41,911 nt of DNA, taken from the NCBI GenBank assembly GCA_016928955.1, contig JAFGJV010000029.1, positions 62,001 through 103,911 on the forward strand, given 5' to 3'. This stretch comes from Spirochaetales bacterium (GTDB lineage: Bacteria > Spirochaetota > Spirochaetia > Treponematales > UBA12059). The notes under the pieces were generated by a model. That model had not been told where the DNA came from. It did not search any database and saw nothing but the letters and a program-made list of their open reading frames with translations. Of this stretch, positions 1-8,594 are shown piece by piece; positions within the stretch are counted from its first letter, which is position 1, and the number at the start of each line of letters is the position of its first letter. The position numbers and the translations under genes were made by a program.

Positions 1-343
1 CGTCCAAACCCAGTTCGCCCAGCTTGTCGAACATCAGCCGGTTGCGCTGGTTCCTGGACTCGGCCAGCTCGCCCGCGGCCTCGGCCAGGCTGCCCGCCGG
101 CAGGCTGAAGTCCAGCCCCAGTAGGTGAAACTCGCCGGGACTGAAGGCTATCTCTATCTCCACCCCGGGCACAAAGCGCAGGCCAAGGCCCCCGGCCGCC
201 TCCTTGGCCTCGGGCAGGCCGTCCAGCGTGTCGTGGTCGGTCAGGGCTATGGCGGACAGCCCTTCCTCCACGGCTTTGTGCATCAGGGCGGCTGGGCTCA
301 AGGCCCCGTCGGACGCCGTCGAGTGGGTGTGCAGGTCTATCAT
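1..343 (-). CDS. PHP-domain metal-dependent phosphoesterase (TrpH/YciV-like), 3' end runs off the window
   Basis: Not in the ORF track; manual translation from ATG at 343 gives MIDLHTHSTASDG...AIALTDHDTLDG...FVPGVEI...GEFHLLGL, the PHP metal-binding motifs. The start overlaps the stop of the upstream gene (ATGA, 340-343). Confidence 0.9.
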   Translation of the reverse strand, partial: MIDLHTHSTASDGALSPAALMHKAVEEGLSAIALTDHDTLDGLPEAKEAAGGLGLRFVPGVEIEIAFSPGEFHLLGLDFSLPAGSLAEAAGELAESRNQRNRLMFDKLGELGLD

Positions 344-2667
344 GCGCGTCCGGCGCCTGGGCGCGCGGCAGCCTCCAGGCGCTCGAGGTTGGCCCGCGTG
401 TTGGCGTTGCCAGGCTCCAGGGCCACAGCCTTGCGCACGCAGCGTATGGCGTCTGACAGGCGCCCGAGCCGCTTGTAGGCTATGCCCAGATTGTTGAGGA
501 CGCGCGGGTCGTTGGGGTGGCCCGCAAGTATGTCCTCAAGCAGGATGGCGGCCGTACCCGCGTCGCCGCGCTTGAGGGCGTCTATTGCCTTGCGGTGCGA
601 CGCCGCCAGCCCGGCGGCCGGCTTCGGCTGCTCGGCCGGTGGGGCTAGCTTCGGGGGCAGCCGCGCTTCGGGGACCTGGGGCGTCTGGCTCGCGCCTTCG
701 TCGCCAAAATCGGGAAGGTCAAAACCGCTGTCGCCCATGGCCGCCGGCTCTTCCGGAAGATCTGGCTCGGGTATGGAGTAATCGGTAGGCCCGGCGTCGT
801 CCATGCTCGGCATGGTGGGTATGCCAAAACGCTCGTGGAGCTCCGTGTCGGGCGCCAGTGGCGGGCCAGCCTCGTCGCCTTCCTGGTCTCCGGACGGCTC
901 GTCCCTACCCGCGCCGTCCTCGCCCGAGAGAGCAGCCGCGAACAAGCCGCCGTCCGGTACGTTGCGGGACGCTTCCGCCGAACGCACCCTGACGCCTGCC
1001 GCCAGCAGGGCGCAGGCCAGGGCGGCCAGCACGGCGCCTCCCGCCATGGCCAGCCGCGCCAGACTCTGGCCGGGCACCACCAGGACCGGGTACTTCGGCA
1101 AGGGCACCGACAACTCCAGAAGGGCAAGGACCGCGCCGCTGTCGTCGCGCAACGGTACGGCGGCCGCCAGCCACTCGCCCGCGGCATCGCGGAGTATGCC
1201 TCTGGCCGAGTCCCCGCCCTCAAGGGCCGCCGCGTAGGACGGCAACACAAAGCGCTGGGGCAGACCGGGCCTGACCGACGCGTCGGAGTCGACAACGAAG
1301 CGGAACACGCCGCCCGAGCGCCGGAGCGCCACGGCGTAGGGTTCCTGGTCTCCCGCAGACAGGCGTATGCCCGCCAGAGCGGCGGCAGCCTCCTTGTACT
1401 CGTCCGACGCGTAGTCGTCCGGCTCGTCCAAAGCAGCCAGGGCCGCCCGCGGCAAGGCAGGCGCTGCCCGCGCGGCGTCCGCGGCCAGGGCGTCCAGACG
1501 CTCGGCCATGGCCGCTTCGGCCCCGGCCAGGGCGTCCGAGCGGGCCCATGACAGCGCCAGGATGCCCAGCGCTGCCAGGGCAGGCAGGGACGCCGCGATG
1601 GCGGCAAGGGGTACGGGAGCTTTCCTGATTACCGCCGCCAAGGCTATGAGTACGGCCATCAGGGCGGACAAGGCGGCCGCTCCTGCGCAGGCCCAGGCCA
1701 GGATTCTGAGTCTCAGTTCGCTTTCCGGAAGCACCGGCGCGGGCGCTGGCTTGAGCTGGGCGGCTAGCCGGTCATAGACCAGCACGGCCGACGAGGCGCC
1801 TTCCACCAGGGCTATCCTCTCGCCGCGCACGGAGAACGAATCCAGTATGGCCGCGCTGCCCTTCGGCGCCGCCGCCGACAGCGCACTCTGGTCCAGCACC
1901 GTCTTGACAGCGCCATCCGGCGCCAGCGACACGATGCACCCCAGGTAGGGATCGGCCACCAAGAGGGTTCCGTCCAGGCGGTAGCGGATTTCCGTGGGAT
2001 ATTCTATGTCGTCGTTGAGCTCGGACAGCAGTTCAAAGCGGCCGCGCACGTAACGGACCACCGCGCCGGCCGCGGCTATGGCCACGGCTCCGTCCGGACC
2101 GCCGGCGGCCAGACTGGCCCGGTTCAGGGCCCAGTCTGTTTTGATGATCACGTGTTCCTTGCCGTCCACGATGTTGACCCGCGCCAGGCTCGACAGCCCG
2201 TCGTCGTCCGAATACAGGTAGTACACAGAATCGCCCCACACGCGCAGGGCGCCGGGCACAAAGCCGCCGTCCTTGCTGAAACGCTTCTGGACCAGGACGC
2301 CGGCCGGCTGCCCCTCCGCGTTCAGGCGCACGATGCGCTCAAAGCGCTGCTCGTCGCCTAGAAGCCTGTCAAGGACGTATACGGTGCCGTCGCTGGCCAC
2401 GTCCAGCTCGACGATGGAGCCCAGGTAGTCGCCCGCTGACGCCACCCACAGGAGGATGCCCGACGAGTCCGCGCGATAGGCCCGCCCGCCCTCTTCCAGC
2501 ACGACCAGGTCGCCGTCGGGCATCTCAAAGGCGGCCCGCGGGATGCCCATGGGCATGGAACGGCCGAACGGCGGCCAGGCCAGATGGGCGCGGAACGCCC
2601 AAGCGCCCGCAGCGGCGGCCGCGGCTATAACCAGCAAGACTAAGATGCCGACAAGAGAACGCTTCAT
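340..2667 (-). CDS. Multi-pass membrane protein: beta-propeller-like region, Cache-like region, acidic linker, C-terminal TPR
   Basis: ORF 340..2739; ATG at 2667 (MKRSLVGILVLL) preferred because it starts a signal-like segment and has a -10-like GATACT 6 bp upstream. Four hydrophobic segments; NHL/propeller-like repeats (LDVASDGTVYVLD, DGTLLVAD); GEWLAAAVPLRDDSGAVLALLE is Cache-like; TPR signature VLNNLGIAYKRLGRLSDAIRCVRKAVALEP. Confidence 0.75.
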   Translation of the reverse strand: MKRSLVGILVLLVIAAAAAAGAWAFRAHLAWPPFGRSMPMGIPRAAFEMPDGDLVVLEEGGRAYRADSSGILLWVASAGDYLGSIVELDVASDGTVYVLDRLLGDEQRFERIVRLNAEGQPAGVLVQKRFSKDGGFVPGALRVWGDSVYYLYSDDDGLSSLARVNIVDGKEHVIIKTDWALNRASLAAGGPDGAVAIAAAGAVVRYVRGRFELLSELNDDIEYPTEIRYRLDGTLLVADPYLGCIVSLAPDGAVKTVLDQSALSAAAPKGSAAILDSFSVRGERIALVEGASSAVLVYDRLAAQLKPAPAPVLPESELRLRILAWACAGAAALSALMAVLIALAAVIRKAPVPLAAIAASLPALAALGILALSWARSDALAGAEAAMAERLDALAADAARAAPALPRAALAALDEPDDYASDEYKEAAAALAGIRLSAGDQEPYAVALRRSGGVFRFVVDSDASVRPGLPQRFVLPSYAAALEGGDSARGILRDAAGEWLAAAVPLRDDSGAVLALLELSVPLPKYPVLVVPGQSLARLAMAGGAVLAALACALLAAGVRVRSAEASRNVPDGGLFAAALSGEDGAGRDEPSGDQEGDEAGPPLAPDTELHERFGIPTMPSMDDAGPTDYSIPEPDLPEEPAAMGDSGFDLPDFGDEGASQTPQVPEARLPPKLAPPAEQPKPAAGLAASHRKAIDALKRGDAGTAAILLEDILAGHPNDPRVLNNLGIAYKRLGRLSDAIRCVRKAVALEPGNANTRANLERLEAAARPGAGRA

Positions 2668-2704
2668 ACTGACAGTATCGGCCGCGGAAGGCCCGGACGC
2701 CAGC

Positions 2705-2740
2705 TCTGGCAACGCTTCTGGCGACGCTTCTGGCGACACT
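2705..2740. repeat. Three tandem imperfect 12-bp repeats
   Basis: tctggcaacgct-tctggcgacgct-tctggcgacact read directly from the sequence. Confidence 0.7.
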
Positions 2741-2747
2741 TCGGGGA

Positions 2748-2775
2748 TTGACCCACCGCGGGGCCGGTTTATACT
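2748..2775 (+). promoter_or_regulatory. sigma70-like promoter facing the repeat element and hppA
   Basis: TTGACC (2748-2753), 16 bp spacer, TATACT (2770-2775). Confidence 0.6.
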
Positions 2776-2777
2776 GT

Positions 2778-2918
2778 AGAGGCTCTTTTAAAAAGTCGGA
2801 CGAGTTTTGAAAGAGCTACATAGTGAGACGTGATGTGCGTAGCGGTTGCGAAATATGCAAACAACCGCGAGCAATCGCAGAGCCAATTCCAAAAGTAACA
2901 GACTTTTAAATTGGCTCT
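2778..2918. repeat. Dispersed palindromic repeat (REP/MITE-like), copy A
   Basis: 2778-2866 aligns with 41824-41911 with 4 substitutions and 1 indel. AT-richer than the flanks. Three inverted repeats: gctcttttaaaa/ttttgaaagagc, gcggttg/caaccgc, agagccaattccaaaagt/acttttaaattggctct. Confidence 0.9.
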
Positions 2919-3026
2919 GGAGGCGCGTTACAAAACGTGGGGCCTGACCCGCCCATGTACACACGCTCTGGTCCGTCAGAGCCTCGGATCGTGGCGCCGC
3001 AGCCTGCCGAGCATCAAGGAGGAGCC

Positions 3027-5099
3027 ATGACAATGAGCTACGCGATCGCGGCGGCGGCCGCAGGAGCCATACTTGCCCTGTTGTACGCCGTGGTAAAAAG
3101 CGCCTGGATTTTCCGCCAGCGGGTTGAGTCGGAACCCCTGCGCCGCATAGCCGGATACATAGCGGAGGGCGCGCGCGCCTTCCTGGCCCGCGAATACGCC
3201 GTGCTGGTGCCCTTCGTCCTGGTGGCGGCCGCCTTCCTGGCCCTGGCCAACGCCGGCCCCCTGCGCCTGCAAGCCCTGTCCTTTGGCCTGGGTGCCCTGT
3301 GTTCGGCAGCGGCCGGCTTCTTTGGCATGCGAGTGGCCACCGCGGCAAACTCCCGCACGGCCGCCCGCGCCGCCGAAGGCGTGGGCCCGGCCCTGGGAGT
3401 GGCCTTTGCCGGCGGCTCGGTCATGGGCATGACCGTGGTCGGCCTTGCCCTGGCCGGCATGGCCCTGGTGTTGGCCGTTGGCGTTGGCCTGTTCGGTGAC
3501 AGCCCGGCAGCCCTGAACGACACGGTGTTCCCCATCCTGTCAGGCTTCAGCCTGGGCGCGTCGACCATAGCCCTGTTCGCCCGCGTGGGCGGCGGCATAT
3601 TCACCAAGGCGGCCGACGTGGGCGCGGACCTGGTGGGCAAGGTGGAGGCCGGCATCCCCGAGGACGACCCCCGCAACCCGGCGGTCATAGCGGACAACGT
3701 GGGCGACAACGTGGGCGACGTGGCGGGCATGGGCGCGGACCTCTTTGAGTCGTACGTTGGCTCTATCGTCGGCTGCGTGGTGCTCGGCGTGGCCATGGCC
3801 GTGCCTGCGGACACCAGGCTCAGGCTGGCCGTCTTCCCGCTGGTCATGGCCGCCGTGGGCGTCATCGCATCGCTCCTGGGCACCCTGTTCGTAAGGACAC
3901 GGCCCGGCCGTTCGCCCCAGCGCGCCCTGAACGCGGGGACCTTTGGCGCGGCGGGCCTGGCAGCCCTGGCCATGTATCCCACGGCCCTCCTGGTCATGGG
4001 CGACGCCACCTACGAGGCGGGACGCGGAGCCCTCAGCATAGCCCTGTCCAGCGCGTTCGGCCTGGTGGCCGGCACGGCCATAGGCATCCTGACCGAATTC
4101 TTCACGGGCACGTCCACGCCGCCCGTGCGCAAGATAGCCCGGGCCTGCGACACGGGCCCGGCCACCACCATCATCACCGGCATGGGCGTGGGCATGATGT
4201 CCACCCTGCCGCCCATTTTGGTGATCAGCGCGGCCATCCTGGGCGCCTACGGCCTTGGCGGCCTATACGGCATAGGCGTGGCCGCCCTTGGCATGCTCCT
4301 GACCCTGGGCATAGAGCTGTCCGTAGACGCGTACGGCCCCATAGCCGACAACGCCGGCGGCCTGGCCGTCATGTCCGCCATGCCACCCGAGGTGAGGGAG
4401 GTGACGGACAGCCTGGACGCGGTGGGCAATACCACGGCTGCCATCGGCAAGGGCTTTGCCATAGGCTCGGCCGCACTTACATCCATCATCCTGTTCACGG
4501 CCTTTGCCCAGGCGGCGACCGGGGGCCAGGGCCTGTCCCTGGCCGTTACCGACCCGCCGGTGCTCGTGGGCCTGCTCTTGGGCGGCATGGTGCCCTTCCT
4601 GTTCTCCGCCCTGGCCATGGACGCCATCGGCGTGTCGGCCTTTGCCATGATAGAGGAAGTGCGCAGGCAGTTCCGCGAACGCCCGGGCATACTCATGGAA
4701 ACCGAGACCCCGGACTACCGCGCCTGCGTGGACATATCGACCAAGTCAGCCCTCCGAAAAATGCTCCTGCCGGGGGCTATAGCCGCGGTGACGCCAGTCC
4801 TGGTAGGCTTCCTGGGCGGCATCCAGATGCTGGCCGGCCTCTTGGCGGGCGTGACGGTCACCGGCGTCCTCCTGGCCATCTTCATGTCCAACACGGGCGG
4901 CGCCTGGGACAACGCCAAAAAGATGATAGAAGGGCGCGTGGCCGGCAAGGGCTCGGACGCGCACAAGGCAGCGGTGGTGGGCGACACGGTCGGCGATCCG
5001 TTCAAGGACACCGCCGGGCCGGCCATCAATATTTTGATCAAGCTGATGGCGATCATCTCCCTGGTGATCGCCCCGATGCTGAAATCCTACTGGGGGTAA
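3027..5099 (+). CDS. hppA: Membrane-bound cation-translocating pyrophosphatase, K+-dependent, probably Na+-pumping
   Basis: [54 protein letters not shown] and [14 protein letters not shown] motifs. Ala in GNTTAA indicates the K+-dependent class; DLFESY has the Glu seen in Na+-PPases. AGGAGG precedes ATG 3027. Confidence 0.95.
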   Translation: MTMSYAIAAAAAGAILALLYAVVKSAWIFRQRVESEPLRRIAGYIAEGARAFLAREYAVLVPFVLVAAAFLALANAGPLRLQALSFGLGALCSAAAGFFGMRVATAANSRTAARAAEGVGPALGVAFAGGSVMGMTVVGLALAGMALVLAVGVGLFGDSPAALNDTVFPILSGFSLGASTIALFARVGGGIFTKAADVGADLVGKVEAGIPEDDPRNPAVIADNVGDNVGDVAGMGADLFESYVGSIVGCVVLGVAMAVPADTRLRLAVFPLVMAAVGVIASLLGTLFVRTRPGRSPQRALNAGTFGAAGLAALAMYPTALLVMGDATYEAGRGALSIALSSAFGLVAGTAIGILTEFFTGTSTPPVRKIARACDTGPATTIITGMGVGMMSTLPPILVISAAILGAYGLGGLYGIGVAALGMLLTLGIELSVDAYGPIADNAGGLAVMSAMPPEVREVTDSLDAVGNTTAAIGKGFAIGSAALTSIILFTAFAQAATGGQGLSLAVTDPPVLVGLLLGGMVPFLFSALAMDAIGVSAFAMIEEVRRQFRERPGILMETETPDYRACVDISTKSALRKMLLPGAIAAVTPVLVGFLGGIQMLAGLLAGVTVTGVLLAIFMSNTGGAWDNAKKMIEGRVAGKGSDAHKAAVVGDTVGDPFKDTAGPAINILIKLMAIISLVIAPMLKSYWG

Positions 5100-5103
5100 C
5101 GCG

Positions 5104-5886
5104 ATGAACGACACGCACCTGTACATGGTGGTCCACCCGAACCACTCGCTCATAGCCAGCCAGCTCGAGCCCGAGCCCTTTGCCAAGCACTACACGCAGG
5201 GATCGACGCGGTACTTCGAGGGTCGCCTGATCTTCGTGGAGCTGGACCCGGCCTTCCGCCATCCGTACTTCCATATAGACCACGCGTACGAGGAGCTCAA
5301 GCCGCACGAGGACGGCCGGCCTAAGGCGACCAAATTCATTTCCAGCTACCGCACCCTGGAGCACGTGGACTTTGCCGCCCTTGGCGACCTGTACTACTGC
5401 AATTCCCTGGGCGACTTCGTGCGGCTCAAGGCCGCCGACTACGACCCCAAGATGCGCGGCGACGAGATGCGCATCATCCTGGAAATCAACCCCGTCAAGA
5501 TGATGGTGCTGACCAAGTACAACTTCCTGGAGTACGCCAGCTACATCACCGACCCGGCCATGCCCAAGGGCGCGCCGCGCATGTTCTACGCCCAGCTGGA
5601 ATTCAACGTGGACGAGTTCCTGAAGGAATTCCAGGAAAACCCCTTCATACGCTGCTTTGTGCCCGGCATCCACCCGGCGCGCCTGCGCGAGGCCATCTTG
5701 GAGGTGCGCTCCAAGCCCGGCAAGAACGTCAAGGGCCTGTCCCTGGACTGCCCCGTGGACAGGATATCGTACAAGTTCCTCAGGCACGGTTTCATGTTCG
5801 CGTCGCACAAGGAAACCAAGTTCTACCCGCTCTTGCCGGTGGAGGACGTCGAGAAGGATTTCTACAAATTCTGGAAGAACATGTAG
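5104..5886 (+). CDS. Hypothetical soluble protein (260 aa) with apparent two-fold internal repeat
   Basis: Clean ORF with strong GC3 bias and normal composition, 4 bp after the hppA stop, followed by a terminator. Confidence 0.85.
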   Translation: MNDTHLYMVVHPNHSLIASQLEPEPFAKHYTQGSTRYFEGRLIFVELDPAFRHPYFHIDHAYEELKPHEDGRPKATKFISSYRTLEHVDFAALGDLYYCNSLGDFVRLKAADYDPKMRGDEMRIILEINPVKMMVLTKYNFLEYASYITDPAMPKGAPRMFYAQLEFNVDEFLKEFQENPFIRCFVPGIHPARLREAILEVRSKPGKNVKGLSLDCPVDRISYKFLRHGFMFASHKETKFYPLLPVEDVEKDFYKFWKNM

Positions 5887-5914
5887 GAAGGCGACGCTCT
5901 GAGGCACGGACGAC

Positions 5915-5942
5915 GACGGGGCCCGAACGGGCCCCGTTTTTC
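5915..5942 (+). terminator. Intrinsic terminator after the hppA operon
   Basis: acggggccc-gaac-gggccccgt followed by a T run. Confidence 0.8.
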
Positions 5943-5963
5943 ATCGGGCGGATCCCTGACTGC

Positions 5964-7001
5964 CTACCAGCGGTTGTACACGTCCTCGGCAAAGCCCAGG
6001 AAGTCGCGCACTTCCAGCGCCCGCCCGTCGTCCAGGACGGCCCGGCCCGAGTACAGGCCGAATACCTGGTGCTGGGTCGAGCGTATCACGCCCAGATTCA
6101 TGTCCGAGTGCCTGTCCACCAGGGGCCTGAAGTCCATCTCAAAGCGCCCGTCCGAGCTGGAAAAGCGCCAGGGGGCGGTATAGTCGCCCGGCGGAATGTG
6201 GAAGGTCACGTCCTCCAGCTTGTGAACCACGCCATCGTACATTAGGGCGTTCTCGCTTGCGGGCGAGCGGTCGGAGAAACCGTAGCCGAGGTTGAAACCA
6301 AAGCGCTTGCCGTCCGCCAGGCCGGACGCCGAGCCCCAGTACCAGCGGTTGCGGTAGGTCCAGCGCCCGCGCCCCCAGTCCAGCACCCCAAAGTCGCTCA
6401 TTGGATCAAAAGCGTACGAGCGTCCGCCCAGGGTACAGCCGCCAGAGGCGGGCAGGCAGTTGACCTTGGTGTTGCAGTAGAAGGAGCGCCGGTCCTCTGC
6501 CCAGGACGTGACTATGTTCATGCTCTCGAGCCCGGCCGCCTGCTCCAGCTCCACCCTGCCAGCCAGCCCCCGTCCGCCATCCGGGGCGGGAAAGTCGGGC
6601 GCATCGAACTCCACCACCCGCGTACCGCCTCCCGCCCTGAAGCCCAGGCTGAGTTTTTTGCCAAGCACACTCGCCGCGCCCTCAAAAGGCGCAGGTGGTA
6701 GGCCTGTGCGCCCCAGGGGCAGTATGGCCAGGCTGTCCACCTGGGTGGCCGTGCGGCGCTCGAGGTCCAGAAAGCACAGCGCGCACAGGCCGGCGTAGCC
6801 AAGGTCGCTCATGGTCAGCGTGACGCCAAACCCCTTGTCGGCAGACAGGATTGCGTAATAGTCCCACTCCTTGATCCGCAAGGGGCCGCCGCGCACGCGA
6901 AAGCGGTCATAGCGCCAGTAGGGTCGCCTGGCCCAGCCCTCTTCCACCGGGACGCCGTTGCCGTCCAGAAGATCCACAGAAGCGCGCAGTTCGTGTTGCA
7001 T
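5964..7001 (-). CDS. DUF2804 family protein
   Basis: RIKEWDYY, GVLDWGRGRWTYRNRWYWGS, FGFNLGYGF, QHQVFG, FLGFAEDVYNRW are typical of DUF2804; GGGAGG lies upstream of ATG 7001. Confidence 0.85.
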   Translation of the reverse strand: MQHELRASVDLLDGNGVPVEEGWARRPYWRYDRFRVRGGPLRIKEWDYYAILSADKGFGVTLTMSDLGYAGLCALCFLDLERRTATQVDSLAILPLGRTGLPPAPFEGAASVLGKKLSLGFRAGGGTRVVEFDAPDFPAPDGGRGLAGRVELEQAAGLESMNIVTSWAEDRRSFYCNTKVNCLPASGGCTLGGRSYAFDPMSDFGVLDWGRGRWTYRNRWYWGSASGLADGKRFGFNLGYGFSDRSPASENALMYDGVVHKLEDVTFHIPPGDYTAPWRFSSSDGRFEMDFRPLVDRHSDMNLGVIRSTQHQVFGLYSGRAVLDDGRALEVRDFLGFAEDVYNRW

Positions 7002-7079
7002 GGCCTGCCTCCCGGCTCGTGGTATATAGTATACCCGGGTCCAAGGATCGCGCCACCGCGACGGGCCCGGAGGAACACG

Positions 7080-7346
7080 GTGCCGGATAACGCGTCCAAG
7101 GATCCCCTGCACGGGATCACCCTGCAGATGATGGTCGAGCGCTTGCAGCAACGTCTGGGCTGGCAGGGCCTGGCGGCCAAGATCCGCGTCAAATGCTTCA
7201 GCGTAGACCCCAGCGTCAAGTCCAGCCTGGTATTCCTCAGGCGCACCCCCTGGGCGCGCGACAAGCTGGAGCGCCTGTACCTGTGGACCTTCCACCGCGT
7301 GCGCCGGCCTCCGGCCGCCCGGCCAGACGACCAGCCGCCGGGCTGA
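7080..7346 (+). CDS. VF530/DUF2132 family putative DNA-binding protein
   Basis: DPLHGITLQ...GWQGL...CFSVDPSVKSSLVFLRRTPWARDKLE signature; GGAGGA before GTG 7080. Confidence 0.9.
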   Translation: MPDNASKDPLHGITLQMMVERLQQRLGWQGLAAKIRVKCFSVDPSVKSSLVFLRRTPWARDKLERLYLWTFHRVRRPPAARPDDQPPG

Positions 7347-7359
7347 CAGCCCTTCCTGC

Positions 7360-8547
7360 TCAGCTCAGGGCCGACTCGGCGTCCGCCGTGAACCTGTCCA
7401 GGGACGCCTGGTCGGGAAAGGCAGCCTGGAACAGGGACGGCCCGCCGCCGCCCTTGCCGCCACGGGCCAGGCAGAGGGGCTTGAGCGCCGCGCCGATATC
7501 ACGCGATCCATCAGGGCCCGCGGCCACGCACTTGGGCTCGGCGTCAGAGCGTACGAGCGCCACGCGGCCGGCCGATGCCAGGGCCTTGGCCAGTCGCTTG
7601 GCTCCCGCGACATCCTGGGCCCGCGCGCTGAGGAGGCCTAGCTCCGGCGCGGCGGCAGCCAAGCGGGCGGCCTCCGCCGCAGATGCCGCGTCCAGGGCCT
7701 GCCTGAGCTTCAGTTCCATCTCCCTGGCCTTGTCGCTCAGGGTAGCCACCGCGGCCGCGTGGTCGCCCTCAGCCACGCCCAGGACAGCGGCCGCCTTGCG
7801 GGCGCCGTCCGCCAGGGCTCGGTAGTCGGCAAAGGCCCGGCCCCCCGCCACAAAGTATACGCGCGTCATGCCCTTGTATTTTTCCGCCCGCAGGATGCGG
7901 AACAGGCCTATGCGGCCCGCGCTGGCCAGGTGGGTGCCGGCGCAGGGCGTGTAGTCTATGCCGTCGATTTCCAATATCCGTATGACGGCCTCTCCCTCCG
8001 GAGGCTTGCGGCGGAGCGGGAACGACGCGGGGTCCTCCGGCGGGCAGACATGGGTGACAATGGGGTAGTCTTCACGTATGACGTCCAGCACGGCGTCTTC
8101 CACGGCATCGGCGTCCGCCCGGTCCATGGCAGGCAGGTCCACGTCTATGGACGAGTACTGCTCGCCCAGGTGAAAGGATGTGGTCGGGCCGCCCAGGAGG
8201 CGGAGCACGGTGGCCGACAGGAGATGCTGGGCCGTGTGCTGTTCGGAATGGTCGCGCCGCCTGGCCCGGTCCAGGACGCAGGTTGCCGTTTGGCCGGGCT
8301 CCAGGGCTGAGCGCGCCTCGGCCGTGTCCGCGACCACGTGGACGATATCGTCGCCTTCATAGCCCACAAAGCGCAGGGGCAGGCCAGCCAGCGTGCCCAG
8401 GTCGCAGGGCTGGCCGCCGCCCTCGGGATAGAAGGGGCTGCGGTCCAGGATGACGCCAAGGCCGCCTGTCACGGGCCGGAGGCCGAGCACGCGGGCCGCG
8501 CACGAGTCTGTGGATGGTTCGTCGTAAAAGAGGGGCTTGGTATTCAT
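7360..8547 (-). CDS. Alanyl-tRNA editing protein (AlaX-type, with C-terminal DHHA1/C-Ala-like domain)
   Basis: LDRSPFYPEGGGQPCD, Zn motifs QHTAQH and PCAGTH, C-terminal GGKGGG. Confidence 0.9.
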   Translation of the reverse strand: MNTKPLFYDEPSTDSCAARVLGLRPVTGGLGVILDRSPFYPEGGGQPCDLGTLAGLPLRFVGYEGDDIVHVVADTAEARSALEPGQTATCVLDRARRRDHSEQHTAQHLLSATVLRLLGGPTTSFHLGEQYSSIDVDLPAMDRADADAVEDAVLDVIREDYPIVTHVCPPEDPASFPLRRKPPEGEAVIRILEIDGIDYTPCAGTHLASAGRIGLFRILRAEKYKGMTRVYFVAGGRAFADYRALADGARKAAAVLGVAEGDHAAAVATLSDKAREMELKLRQALDAASAAEAARLAAAAPELGLLSARAQDVAGAKRLAKALASAGRVALVRSDAEPKCVAAGPDGSRDIGAALKPLCLARGGKGGGGPSLFQAAFPDQASLDRFTADAESALS

Positions 8548-8594
8548 GCGTCCAGACTAGCACGGTCCGGGCGACTCGTCACGCGCTGGCGGCC

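Noticed and set aside
2668..2739. N-terminal extension (MSPEASPEALPE...) of the TPR membrane protein
   Set aside because: It derives from the 12-bp tandem repeat, has no RBS, and a -10-like hexamer sits 6 bp before ATG 2667, which begins a proper signal-like sequence; not fully excluded.
2788..3348. ORFs crossing the repeat copies (2788-3348 and 41676-41909) as a small mobile-element protein
   Set aside because: The two copies are read in different frames giving unrelated peptides and differ by a 1-bp indel, so the repeat is not conserved as coding sequence.
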